In this document: in pieces, positions 27,481 to 38,700 of the stretch | How the letters are laid out: the number at the start of each line of letters is the position of its first letter | How positions within the stretch are numbered: the first letter of the stretch is position 1 | From: an uncultured Acidobacteriota bacterium | GTDB lineage: Bacteria; Acidobacteriota; Terriglobia; Terriglobales; Acidobacteriaceae | DNA: 64,000 nucleotides | Direction of reading: 5' to 3' | Assembly (NCBI GenBank): GCA_963696635.1 | Contig: CAVOKX010000014.1 | Location: 256,234 to 320,233 of the forward strand | Made by a program: the position numbers and the translations under genes | The notes under the pieces: model-generated | What the model saw: only the letters and a program-made list of their open reading frames with translations | What the model was told of the DNA's origin: nothing | Database searches by the model: none

Positions 27481-28695
27481 TTACAGCGGCGGCAACCCTC
27501 GCATCCGCCGAACCTCCCCAACCGTGAGCACGCCGTTCTGCAGCAGCAGCGCCTGGATTTGTGCTTCTTCCATCACATCTCCACCCGAATCCACATCCGT
27601 GAAAACAAATTCCAGGTCACTCCACCCCAGTTTCTTGCAGATCCCATCCCGCGTCAGATATTCGGCGAGCAATCGCGCAGTGGGCACAATTGCTTGCAGA
27701 AACGCTTCATCCGCCATTTCCGTCGCGGTCGAGCGGTTCAGGTCGCGCTCCACCCCCAGGCACTGCGGAGGAAGATCAAACGCGTCCGCGATAATCCGCA
27801 GCAGGAATTCCTGCCACTGCAGCCGCAAGTCCGCATCGGTGCCGCCGCCGAAGCGCAACACTTCCGGCTTGTTCTCCGCCGACAGGATCGGCACCCGCCC
27901 GGTGCCCTCGATCTCGTCTTGCCACCATCGAATCAATCGCTCGTGATGCTCCGGAGTCAAACCTTGCAGCCAAAGCGCGTACTCCACCACAGAGTTCGAA
28001 GCCAGTTTGGTCGCATACCGATGCGCACCCAGAAACGCGTTCACCGCCTCAAACGCAACTTCCAGCCGCCCCAGTCCAAACGGTGTGTGCGTTCGCGGGT
28101 TGAGCCGGATGTAAATCAACTCATCATCATTGAGAAGAATATTTCCCTCCGGCCCCGACTTCCCCGTGACCTGCACATAGCGAACCGATCCCGGCAATCC
28201 GTCCCAGTCCGTCTTCATGCGGATCGTCGCTCCATCCACCGGCCACATCACCAGAGGACGCTGCGCATCACCCGTGCCTTCCACTTCAATCGCTCCGAAG
28301 CCGCCCACAATCACATCCTCAAGCACTTGCTCCGACAGAGAGCGAAAGGAATCGTCCGGATTCGGAGCATCAAAATTGTCAGTCAGGACTTGAATCCGCA
28401 AATCGCTGTCCGGAGCCGCCACAGGCCCACGTCCTGGACGCGCTTGGATTCGCCAGCGCATTCCGGCGATCCGGTCCTTGATTGTGTTGATCGCTTTGCG
28501 TGCTACCGGTGTCTCAGAAAATCGCCGTAGGTTGATGGGCGTAGGTTTCGGAAAAGCATCCGCCCTCGGCCCGTAGACGTTAAGAATGGACGGCAGTGCC
28601 ACCGTTCGCCGCTTGCCCTCCGCTTTCCCCGCGGCGGCCGAAGACACTCCCGCAATCCGGCGCATAGCGCCGCGCAACTTCTCTGTAATGTTCAT
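27481..28695 (-). CDS. Phage portal protein
   Basis: 404 aa. Lies downstream of the terminase gene. The conserved core 'NPRTHTPFGLGRLEVAFEAVNAFLGAHRYATKLASNSVV...RVPILSAENKPEVLRFGG' is typical of the Phage_portal family. Confidence 0.75.
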   Translation of the reverse strand: MNITEKLRGAMRRIAGVSSAAAGKAEGKRRTVALPSILNVYGPRADAFPKPTPINLRRFSETPVARKAINTIKDRIAGMRWRIQARPGRGPVAAPDSDLRIQVLTDNFDAPNPDDSFRSLSEQVLEDVIVGGFGAIEVEGTGDAQRPLVMWPVDGATIRMKTDWDGLPGSVRYVQVTGKSGPEGNILLNDDELIYIRLNPRTHTPFGLGRLEVAFEAVNAFLGAHRYATKLASNSVVEYALWLQGLTPEHHERLIRWWQDEIEGTGRVPILSAENKPEVLRFGGGTDADLRLQWQEFLLRIIADAFDLPPQCLGVERDLNRSTATEMADEAFLQAIVPTARLLAEYLTRDGICKKLGWSDLEFVFTDVDSGGDVMEEAQIQALLLQNGVLTVGEVRRMRGLPPL

Positions 28696-28774
28696 GATTT
28701 TTTCTGTGGTATAGCGCGGGCGCCCACCCGCGAAGTTTCGATGAACTAGAAGATCTCTTGTTCCTCGTAGCCCG

Positions 28775-30451
28775 TCACGCTCTCAAATCTCTCGTGGCAT
28801 CCTCGGCTGGCGCCTGTGCTTGCAACGGCAAACTGGCCAGCGTAACCGCTCGCGGTCGCCAAACCTGTCCAGCCAACTTCTGTCGCGCTGCCAGCGCAAT
28901 CGCCATCGCCATGACGCAATCATCATGCGAGCCCCCCGCCGCCGAGGAGTTACCATCGGCATGACGGATAAAAGTCCGGCACTCATTCAGCAACCGTGAA
29001 CTGTGGAAGATCGTCTGCTCCACTGCCAGCACTGCGGCTAAGTTTTCAATCATCGCTGGTCTGCTCACCGCCGAGGTCAACCATCCATCATGCCCGCCAT
29101 CGCGAAAGACGTTCGTACATCCCGCCATACGCAAGTGCGCTAGCACCGCATGGCCATGATTATTCTGCTCCACCACCAGCAACCCCTGGTTATAGGAATT
29201 CCCCAGCTCAATCAGCCTGGCCGCCAGTTCGCGAGGCGGAAAATGCCCGTGTAATTCAGCGCATTGCAGCCCCGTACTTCGCTCGATTACCACGGCACAG
29301 GAATAGTCGCCGTCCGAGCCGCCCCCCGCCGGATCTACTCCAATGATGTACTGTTTCCCCGTCTGCTCCGGCAGCCAGATCAGCAAACGCTGATTGTCCC
29401 GCGCCTCCACCGGTTCTCCGCAGGTTTGCAGAGCCCGCTCGATCGCCTCCAGATCAAACACGCATTCCCCCGAAGCTCGGAAGCACGAGACCGGATCCTC
29501 AGCATATTCTTGCGCCGCCAATCCTCTCAGTTGCGCCCGCTTCGTGCGCCGCCATGCGATCTGCTCCTCGGTCAAGCCGGCCTGCTGTATCAGGTGCTCT
29601 TCTTCGACTGTGAGTGTTTCGAATGTCACCATTCTTCTCTGCACCCGGTACTCTTCGCCATACCACCACGGAAAGAAGTGACGCGAGTACCTGGTTTCGT
29701 CGGCTCGCTGCCATTCCTCATAGAAGATCCCACCCGCTCCATTAGGGGTCGACTCCAGCACAATCTCCCCGTTTTCCGGCACTGCGTTCCGTAGGGATGC
29801 CAGCGTTTCCTCTACATCCCGGGGCCAGCGGGCGACCTCCGAGCAATGAAGATTGTGAATGGTCATCCCGCGGCCCGCATTCGCATCCGCCGCCGTCGCC
29901 ACGCGATACTCGCTGTCCAGTCGCGGAAAAACGATCTGGCGAATGTTGGCGCGTGAGGTCACGAGCGCGCCCTCCTGCATCCCTTTGGGCAGGTTCTCCC
30001 AGAAGCGATGCACGATTTTGAAAATCTCCTCCGCTGATTCCTGGTCGTGAGCCACCTGCACCGACATAGTGCCCGGCTGAGTGATGGTCTGAATGAAAAA
30101 TCGCGCGGCCACATAAGTCGTGATCCCCAATTGCCGCGCCTTCAGCACTATGCTTCGCTTGGTATGCTTCCGCGAAAACTCCAACTGCGCCCGGTTCGGC
30201 CTCAGCGAAATCAACCCGCGAGTCTTGCTCCGCACCTTCAGTAGTGCTTCAATGATCAGATCTCTCACCGGAAAATCTGAGACCACATTCCCCCCGGCTG
30301 TCAACGTCTTCGTTACCCCGTGCCCTCCCAGCGGACGCAGATCCAAAGATCTGCCCAACCTCCTGAGCAGCAAAAGATCATTCATCCCTGCCAGCCCTTC
30401 ATTCCAGTTCGTTTGTGCACAGCACCTCCAGTCGCCACTGAAGGTCCTCAC
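28775..30451 (-). CDS. Phage terminase large subunit
   Basis: ATPase 'VLKARQLGITTYVAARFF'; nuclease 'IIGVDPAGGGSDGDYSCAVVIE' and 'GGSHDDCVMAMAIAL'. The GTG at 30451 overlaps the upstream stop (GTGA); an alternative ATG lies at 30385. Confidence 0.8.
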   Translation of the reverse strand: MRTFSGDWRCCAQTNWNEGLAGMNDLLLLRRLGRSLDLRPLGGHGVTKTLTAGGNVVSDFPVRDLIIEALLKVRSKTRGLISLRPNRAQLEFSRKHTKRSIVLKARQLGITTYVAARFFIQTITQPGTMSVQVAHDQESAEEIFKIVHRFWENLPKGMQEGALVTSRANIRQIVFPRLDSEYRVATAADANAGRGMTIHNLHCSEVARWPRDVEETLASLRNAVPENGEIVLESTPNGAGGIFYEEWQRADETRYSRHFFPWWYGEEYRVQRRMVTFETLTVEEEHLIQQAGLTEEQIAWRRTKRAQLRGLAAQEYAEDPVSCFRASGECVFDLEAIERALQTCGEPVEARDNQRLLIWLPEQTGKQYIIGVDPAGGGSDGDYSCAVVIERSTGLQCAELHGHFPPRELAARLIELGNSYNQGLLVVEQNNHGHAVLAHLRMAGCTNVFRDGGHDGWLTSAVSRPAMIENLAAVLAVEQTIFHSSRLLNECRTFIRHADGNSSAAGGSHDDCVMAMAIALAARQKLAGQVWRPRAVTLASLPLQAQAPAEDATRDLRA

Positions 30452-32691
30452 GGACCACCTTCCGCATGTCCCAAATTCTCAGGTACAAAAACCAGCGACC
30501 CAATCTCCCAACCAGTTCCAAACCGAGTCTGATCGATTCCCATCAGATCGTACTTGTATTCGTCCGCCAGCGTCGCGCCCTGATCCACGACCGGCGATGC
30601 CTGAGTCGGTCTCGGATCTACGGGCGGCCCTGTGGTCACATCCGCGTAATAGGTTGTCCCCGAGTTTTGCTGCGTACTGAGCAAATAATTTACTAGCTGG
30701 GTAGTGCTCATCAACGTCGCTCCCGAGGCCTTCAGCGTATCCAGCATCACGCCTACCTGGTGCGGCGCCAGTTCATTTACATGCCAGAAGATCCCGAAAG
30801 GAACGCCCCAGACCGCCGATTTGAACACCAGCGCTCGCAGCTTGCTCGCCAGTTGGCTATCCGTTAGGTTCTGGAAATTAGGAACCACCCCCTGGCTCAA
30901 AATGTTCTGCACATCGATTCCGCTAGCCGCAACCGTCGCCGCATTCGGAGCCGGGTCCATCGAACCCGAACCGCGCGAACCCGAAAATCCCGCTGCGACC
31001 GTCATTGCCTCCGTGGAGCCGTCTTCGTAGCTCCCCGGGTACACGTACACCCGGTTCGCCGGCAACCCGGTTAAGTTTGCATCCATCCAAGCTTTCGACC
31101 ATTCAATCTCATCCGTCATCAGGCGCGTCTTGTCCATCAACAGCACATAAGGCGAGTTCTTGATGTCCTGTGCGGGCACATCTGCCAAGTCCTCGCTCTT
31201 TACCGCCGATTTCATATTCGGGTCCTCTGTGACCCAAAAAACCCCGCGCTGGTTTAGCGTGAAGATCAAGCCGCCCAACGTATCCAAGCCACCAGGCACC
31301 ATGTCCGTGCCTGACGAACTAAAATTCCAACTCACTTGCGCATTCGGATCTCCCGGCGCTGTAATCGTGAACTGCCCATTGGAAATCGAAAGCGTTACGC
31401 TCGTGGCCGCCGCCCCCGTGTACTGAAGCGTGAACGCGTTCGGGAAAACAAAGTACTGATGTGATACCGAGTGGCAATTAACATCCCATCCCGCGTTGAT
31501 CCAGGACTGGAAAGTCGGAATCAACTGCTGTGACAGGTCATACCCGGTAACCACGGCAATGCTCAGCGGTATACCTTTTGACTGGATCATCGGCAGCAGC
31601 GATTCAATGTACTGATGCGACCCATCGACCAATCCAGGGTCGTCGTAAGTGACAGTAATCCGCGCCGGATACTGCATGAACCCCCGCACATTTGGCGGCG
31701 TATCCGCCGCCAGGTTGTGGCCGCCGTCAATGGGACCGGGCGTGCCAGTCACGTCAGTGGAAATCCCAGTCGCAAGATTGTTTGCATAGAAGTGACAGTA
31801 CGAATAAGTCACCGCTCCTGTGTTGTCCATCAGTCCGTATGTACGATTTGCGTAAGCGCGACAGTTCTTCAATTCAATGGCAGTCGCTGGTAGATCAAAC
31901 CGATACCCGACATAGTTCCGGTGCGCATCGGTGTTGTAAAGATGTATGTCTCCAGGTGTGCCGCTAGCATGCACGTAAAACCCAATGGGCACGGTAGCAT
32001 TCGGCACCTGACTGTCCGCCATCATGTTGGCCAACCACACATGGTCACTTGCATGCTGTACTTGAACCCCGTAGCCGTCGTACCAGTCGAGCTTGATATG
32101 CTGAATTTCAACATAGCTCACATTATCAATGTTGATCAGTGCCTGCCCGCTCAGAAGGATCGGTGACACCGAGCCGTAATGCGTCACCGGATTGCCCCCC
32201 GCCGACCACACATACAGATTCTGCGCGACCGGGTCGTAGTACCAATCCCGATCATGAGCCAGTAGACCCTGCGTGCTCTGCGAATTTCCCCACATCGTGC
32301 CGAACTGCACAAACTTGAGCTGCGAGATCGGCTGGGTCGCAGTTAGCGAAATCTGCCAAACATTGCCGCCAACGTTCATCCATTGTGAAGCGGTCGTCGC
32401 ATAGTGGCCCGTGAACTCAGGTGGACGCCCGTTGCCGTAGGCATCGAACTTGATCACATTCCCCGCCGCTCCGCTCGATGGCGGGGTGAGCCACTCATTC
32501 CACACCGCGTCCCGCTTGAACAAGATCACATCCCCGGGCTGAAACGTGGAAATCCCGACCTTCAGCAGCGTGCGCCACGGAGTCTGCGGAGACAGCCCGC
32601 TGTTCCCGTTGCTCCCCGTCGGATCTACGTAGTACGTAGTCGCTGAAGCCCCCGCCGTCAGTACGACCGCAAGTATGATCTGCTTCCACAT
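30448..32691 (-). CDS. Secreted right-handed beta-helix protein fused to a NodB/CE4 polysaccharide deacetylase domain (tailspike/depolymerase-like)
   Basis: ATG at 32691 preceded by GAGAGGA. Signal peptide 'MWKQIILAVVLTAGASA'. 'TTYYVDPTGSNGNSGLSPQTPWRTL' is a beta-helix N-cap. NodB motifs 'VTYDDPG' and 'HSVSH'. Confidence 0.6.
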   Translation of the reverse strand: MWKQIILAVVLTAGASATTYYVDPTGSNGNSGLSPQTPWRTLLKVGISTFQPGDVILFKRDAVWNEWLTPPSSGAAGNVIKFDAYGNGRPPEFTGHYATTASQWMNVGGNVWQISLTATQPISQLKFVQFGTMWGNSQSTQGLLAHDRDWYYDPVAQNLYVWSAGGNPVTHYGSVSPILLSGQALINIDNVSYVEIQHIKLDWYDGYGVQVQHASDHVWLANMMADSQVPNATVPIGFYVHASGTPGDIHLYNTDAHRNYVGYRFDLPATAIELKNCRAYANRTYGLMDNTGAVTYSYCHFYANNLATGISTDVTGTPGPIDGGHNLAADTPPNVRGFMQYPARITVTYDDPGLVDGSHQYIESLLPMIQSKGIPLSIAVVTGYDLSQQLIPTFQSWINAGWDVNCHSVSHQYFVFPNAFTLQYTGAAATSVTLSISNGQFTITAPGDPNAQVSWNFSSSGTDMVPGGLDTLGGLIFTLNQRGVFWVTEDPNMKSAVKSEDLADVPAQDIKNSPYVLLMDKTRLMTDEIEWSKAWMDANLTGLPANRVYVYPGSYEDGSTEAMTVAAGFSGSRGSGSMDPAPNAATVAASGIDVQNILSQGVVPNFQNLTDSQLASKLRALVFKSAVWGVPFGIFWHVNELAPHQVGVMLDTLKASGATLMSTTQLVNYLLSTQQNSGTTYYADVTTGPPVDPRPTQASPVVDQGATLADEYKYDLMGIDQTRFGTGWEIGSLVFVPENLGHAEGGP

Positions 32692-32758
32692 TCCTAAGTC
32701 CTCTCTAATGTTGTTTTGAAAAAAGAAGCGAGTGGACACTTCAGCTAGAGAACCTTCG

Positions 32759-35700
32759 TCAGTGAATCCAGATAGCGGGTAGGCACGCGCTCCAGGAGTA
32801 GCTGTTTGCTGGAGGCGTGATGCTTGTCGGCAAAGCCCCTCCGCTCAGTGTCGTGATGCCGAAACCTCCAGATCCCTGCGTCGTCCCGCAAGTTCCGCTT
32901 CCTCCAGCCTCGCCTTTATAGAACGTGAAAGCAGTCGCGCTGGGGCTGATCAGAGTGGGCGGCGTGGAAGTGATGTTGCTGGTGTAGTACATCAAATAGT
33001 AGTCGCCTGGCTGCAACGTCTTGGTTCCCTGCGCCCATGAGAGCGTGACTGCCCCCGTGGCTGGCGCGAAGGAGCTGCCATGCAGCGTCCCGGAGTTCAG
33101 ATTGAGCACCAGCGTGCCACTGCTGTTAAATAACCCAAGATCATAGTTATTGGTGGCGGTATTGTCGGCATTCGATCCGATGTCATAGGTCACCTGCGAG
33201 GTGCTGAGGGGGTAGGTCAAAGTCACGCCCCACATCATTGCCTTGTTTGCCGACGACGATGGCAGATAGCCGCTATTGCCACCAGTCAGTTCAGTCATCC
33301 AGCCGATCCCATATGGTCCCGCCACTACGGTGCTATCCCCAACCGCCCCCGCGCCAGTGGCGCTCGTATAGTCGCCGCTGATTAGTGTCCCCGTCTTGGC
33401 GTACCCGGGCACCGTGGGAGTTCCGGTGAAAGTGGGCGAAGCCAGCGGGGCCCGCAGGTTCAGCGCAGTTTGCAAGTCTGTCTGCGCCGAAAGCGTGCCA
33501 GTAATGCTGCCCCAACCGGCCGAGACCGTGCTGTTGATTCCATTGCAGGTGGTCATCACCGAAGGACTCCCACCGTTCCCGAGGAAATACGCTGCTAGAG
33601 TCAGATCGGTGCAAGTGTTGCCAGTTACGTTATCTTTTAAGAGGTGGCTTCCGCCAAAGCGGGTCATGCTGCCAACACTGATGTCTCCCGCGTTCGCGCT
33701 GATATCCACCTGCCAAGCGTTCGAACTGCCGCTGCTGGTCGCTCCGTTGCTGATCCGCACTCCATTGGTGGTGACCGGGGATTGCGAGGCTTGCCCGACC
33801 GTGGTGCCAGGGTAGGCCGCATTCAACGCCGAATTGCCGCCAATTTGGATTTCTGCCGGGTAGTCTTCGATGTGGAAGTTTTCTATATCCGCCATTACGC
33901 CCCAGGTCTCGATTCCAATCGGAGTGGTGTGGCTGGTATAGGGTGTCCCGCAAGTAGCATCGTTCATCGCTACTGGCGTGTTTGGATTGTTTGTGTTTCC
34001 TGGATCGGGGTCGCTCGCGGAAATCGTGAAGCTGGAAATTTTATCAATGTGATTTACGGTTGTGGTTCCACCTGAACTACGAGGTCCATCGACCACAATC
34101 GCAGACGTAAAACATCCCAGTGGGTTCTGCGATTGGGCATTGGTTCCGGCGCCGGAAGTCTCGTAGACGTTAGCATTGTGCGCCACCGCTCCGCAACCCG
34201 CTACTTTCTCGCAAGTCTCAGGCAGGAAGTTGATGGAGAAATCCGTGTAGGGTCCGGATTGCGATGCGCCTCCGCCGGTCGATCCACCGCCGCCGACACC
34301 TGCCGTCGTGAACTCACTCAGTCGGACAGCTTCTCCTCCATAGTTGAAGAAGTTGACATTGCGGAACCAGCTATTTTCCTCTGCGCCGTCGTTCAGTAGG
34401 TTAATACAACCCAAGACCCAGGCACAGTCAACGCTCACACCTTCAAGCTGGGTGCGGTACTGCGCTGCGCCGGACGAATTTACGCCAAAATTTATCAGCG
34501 GCGTTCCTTCATAGACCGTGCCGCAACTGCTCGTGCAATTCGAGGTTCCCGATGGCACCGTGATCGTGAAACTCGATGCCGTCCCCCCCGAACATCCCGT
34601 GATCCCTGTAGCGAATCCGTGGTAGGCTGCGAAGATTCCCGGACCACCGTAGATAAATACATCTTGCCCAGAATTCGGGGCACTCCCAACACACATGGTG
34701 TTGCTGACGTTCACTGTAGCCGTGGTTCCGCTAACACTGATCGATGGACTCGCGTTCGGAATGGCTTCTGACGGCACCGCGAAGTTTGATGCTGGATTCA
34801 TAAACGCGGCGTTGCCGGCGCGGATGATCGTGTTTGCGGCCGCCGATAAACCCGATCCTGCGCTAGCCGTTCCCATCCCCCTGACTCTCACGCTAAGCGG
34901 AATTTTCCATGACACGGAAGTACGGATGTCGAGAAACTTTGAGCCGCCCAAGTCGAGTTCTCCGCCACCCGTCCACCCAGAAAACGGACTAGAGTTGCAC
35001 ACTTGCAAGCCGGAAAAAGGAGCGGTAATGAAGCAACCCTGTGCCGCGGATGAGCAAGAGGAACTGGCGCGGGCCGTGGCAATCTTCGCGCACATGTCGC
35101 CGCCGGAGAATTGACTGGCATCCACCCAGACTGGACTGGTCGCATATGTAGCAGCGCCAGTGGTATTAACCGCCGGATTACCCTGCGTACCCGAGGGGAG
35201 ACCTCCGCCGCTCGGCCATGTAGTAATGCAATTTATCCCCAGACAATACTGCGGCGAAGTGACAGTGCCGGTGAAACTTGGGGAAGCGAGCGGCGCCGCA
35301 CCGGTTACCTGGCTTACCGAATAATCCCCCGCTTGCGCCACAATCACGCCCGCGCGGCCAAATACCGAGCCCACCGAACCTGATGTGCATCCCTGGTCCG
35401 TAACATTTCCCTGACCATCGTTACATAGCCCCGCACCCACCGTGGTGCTTAGCGTTCCCGCTTCAGCCGCCACACCCGTACTGCCATGTGCTCCGGTTAG
35501 CGTTCCACTGCCGAAAACCAACCCCGTCCCAAGGAACAGATTATGAACTCGCAACGTGGTTGAACCAATGTCCTTGAGGTTGTCAGACCAGGGCTTGAGG
35601 TTGAAGCTTGTGTCGATTACCCAGCGCAGAGAACCCTGCAGCCAAAAACCCAGTCCCTGTTGTGGCATCAACGTTCCTAACGCGTCGGAGGCTAGAACAA

Positions 35701-38700
35701 AGTAATTGTCAGTCGTGTCATAGGCCAACCGCAGGCGCTCATAGTCCGAGGCATCCGTGCGCGTCCCATAGATGTTGAGAGTCTGCGGATTTGCCCCGTC
35801 GTACTCTTCCAACGTATTCGCGTCCAGGTTGAAAACGTTCAGCAGCCCCAACTGCACCGCTTGGCCGTTGTTGCTGATCACCTTGGGACAGTGACAGGTC
35901 GAGTCAAACCAGAAAATTCCGTAGTTCGGAATCCCCGTCGGCGGGCCCGTTTCAGCCAGTTGAATCACATCCGCCACACTGCAATTCGCGTTTCCGTTGG
36001 CCTGAACACCCGTGGCGAAACTACCGTTGCACTGTGTCGGCGTCAGCGCCAGTTGCGTCGCCGTATTCGCATTCTCGGACACATCGCCATTGCTATCGAG
36101 CACTGGCGACCCCAACCACTGCGCCGCCATTCTGTGAAACCTGAAGCTGTCCCGCCCGCACCGAACCCAATCGCCGATTTTCCTGCCAGCGCCGGACTCA
36201 GACTCCCATAGCTGCCTTGCACTGCCCACGACCCCGCTCCGGTCGTCAGCAACGCAGCTCGCCTGCGCCGTTCCAGCAACCGTCAGCGTGTTATCCAGTT
36301 GCACGCTCGTCTTGACTTCCTTCAGCCCCGTTGTCAGCCTCTCCAACCAGTTCGTCCCGTCTCCCACGTTTCCGATGTAGCTGGAGAGCGATACCGGCGC
36401 CCCTAGACTTATGCCCACATGCGCCGGATTCCCATCTCCTTGGTCGTATCCAATGAACGCATCGTTCGCGTCATTTGACGGTCGGTTGTTGGCCGTAGCA
36501 ATCGTCTTCTGAAAATTCGAATCAGAAAGCGTGATAATGTGCCCAGGCCCCGAGCCAAGAGTCGGAAAGTTCAGCCGCCCTTTCAGATTAGTGAACAGCC
36601 CGCTGTCTTGATTGGGCTTCACCGCCAGCAAGAACGCGCCCTGATCGTAAAATGTCCCCGGAGCCATGGACGTGTAGCAACTCAGCCAAAGCGGCGTCCA
36701 TCCATCAACCGACTGGCACTCGGTAGAGATCACCGCCGGCGCCCCGGTACCTTGCACCGCAACGATGTCGCTCGGTGCACTTTGCACCCAAGCCTTTGCC
36801 CCATCCAGAACACTCCCCGAATCTTGGTTTGCCGCCAGCACCAGGTTCCCCGGCCAGTAGTCCAGCAACGGAAAATAAGCGGGAGTCGCGACCGTATAAG
36901 ACTGCAACGCTGCCTGTGTATCCGTAAAACTGCAAACTCCGTTCGCGCAAGCCGAAGCCCGGCTCACACTCGTTGCCACGGCGTAATCGCCAATCCCATA
37001 AGGCGCTTGCTCCCGGGGATTATTAAGGTCCAAGTAACTCACGCGCAGCAAATCAAACGTGCTGGCTCCGGCAACATCCGGCGTCGTCACGATTATGTTT
37101 CCCGATCCATTGGTCAACGCACGGCCGGCGTAAAGCGGATTCGACGCCCCAAAGGTCGCGCTGTGTGCAACGATGTAGTACCGATAGTCTGTACTCCCCG
37201 TATTGGCAAATTGCGGGACCGATCCCGCCGGAAGCATCGCTCCCTCCACCTTTACCGTCGCCCCTTGTGCGATGACTCCCGCTTCCCCAATCGCCCCCGC
37301 CGGGTTCGTGCAACTCCCCACCTCTTCATAAACATTGTCCAGCTCAAACCCGTTGTAGCCCCCGCGTTTCACTCCCGCCCGCACTCCATATTGCGCAAAT
37401 CCCTGGATCACACTGTCGGAAATCTTTACCGTATTGCCACTTTGCCAGTCGATCCCATTCCCCGTGCATTGCATCGATATATTCAGATTCTTCAGCCACC
37501 CCACCGCCGCATTGCTGCTGAATGGCCCCGGCGCGTAAATCACGGGATTGCACACGCTCGCGTTGCACAGCACCCCATAGTCGCTCGATCCCGTAGCCAG
37601 CGACGTGTCCAACCCGTCGAGAAGGAACGCCTGGTCGTTGTCCACTTGCACGTAGCTGTTGAAGGTGCCGCCCGTCGGCGGAATTCTCGTGGTCACGTTC
37701 AGCAGCCTCGTCTTCTGTGCGTTCACTTCGATGAACGGACTCTGCCCACTGACCACCATGGGACGGCCGCGCGGATTCATCAGCGTAATGTCGAGAAAGG
37801 CATTCGAGTTTGAAGGGTCCCCCGCAAAAATGCACGTGTCCTGCATGTAGCAGTCCACGATCGATCCCGAAAAGTCCACCGTCACATTGGAAGCCCGCAC
37901 CGATATCCGTGCGTACGCCTGCAACTCCCCAGGCGGCACAATCACTTTTCCCGACTGCGAGGGCCCCGACGGGTTTGTGGCATTAAAGCGCGCTGCAATC
38001 AGCGCTTCTTGCAGGCCGCCTGATGCACTTGTGATCGTGTACCCGGCTGCATGTGCATTGAGAGTCGTGAACTGCAGTGTGCCGGCTTGGCCGCTTCCGG
38101 CGCAGGTCCCGCCCGTAACCAGCGCTGCTTCTGCCGTACCCGTCCCCGAAATGTAGATGTAGTACCAGGGCTCCGTCCCGGTTACACCCGCCGCACACGA
38201 AGCCAGGTTCACCGTCTTAGCTCCGGCAATGCTCAAGTCGGTGGCTGGCGATTGCGTCCAGTTAAAGTCCGTCGCATATTTCACCGCTTGCATTCCCGTC
38301 GTCACTCCGCCACCCGCTTTTGGTTCGTATTCCCCGAGCGACGCAACATATGTCATGACTTGGTTGTCCGTGGGCGTGGTCGTGGCCACCGGAACATTTT
38401 GAATCGAGACCGCATTGCTACTGCTGCCGCATCCTCCCCAAGTCGAATCCCCATGCAAGCACAGCGTGTTGTTCGCGGTGCCTGTCCCTAACTCACCGCC
38501 CGGGACCAGACCCGCAACCAAGTCTGCCTTGCTTGCCACTCCTAGGTCGGCATAGCGTTTGGTCGCGGCCTGCCCCGGCGCAACCGGGTCCCCGCTCAGC
38601 GTCAGCGGCCCTGTCATCGTTCCTCCCGCCGTGCTCACGTATGACCCGTTTCCAACGTTCTGCGTCGAATTGTCCACGTACTCTTTGTTGGCTGCGTCGC

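Noticed and set aside
27559-28530. 323-aa plus-strand ORF
   Set aside because: It is antisense to the portal gene and has an Arg/His/Pro-rich shadow-frame composition.
36539-37813. 424-aa plus-strand ORF, plus several 80-240-aa ORFs, inside 32759-39325
   Set aside because: These are mirror-frame ORFs of the giant fibre-like gene, with an Arg/Pro/His-rich composition. The minus-strand frame is continuous for 6.5 kb and carries tail-fibre motifs.
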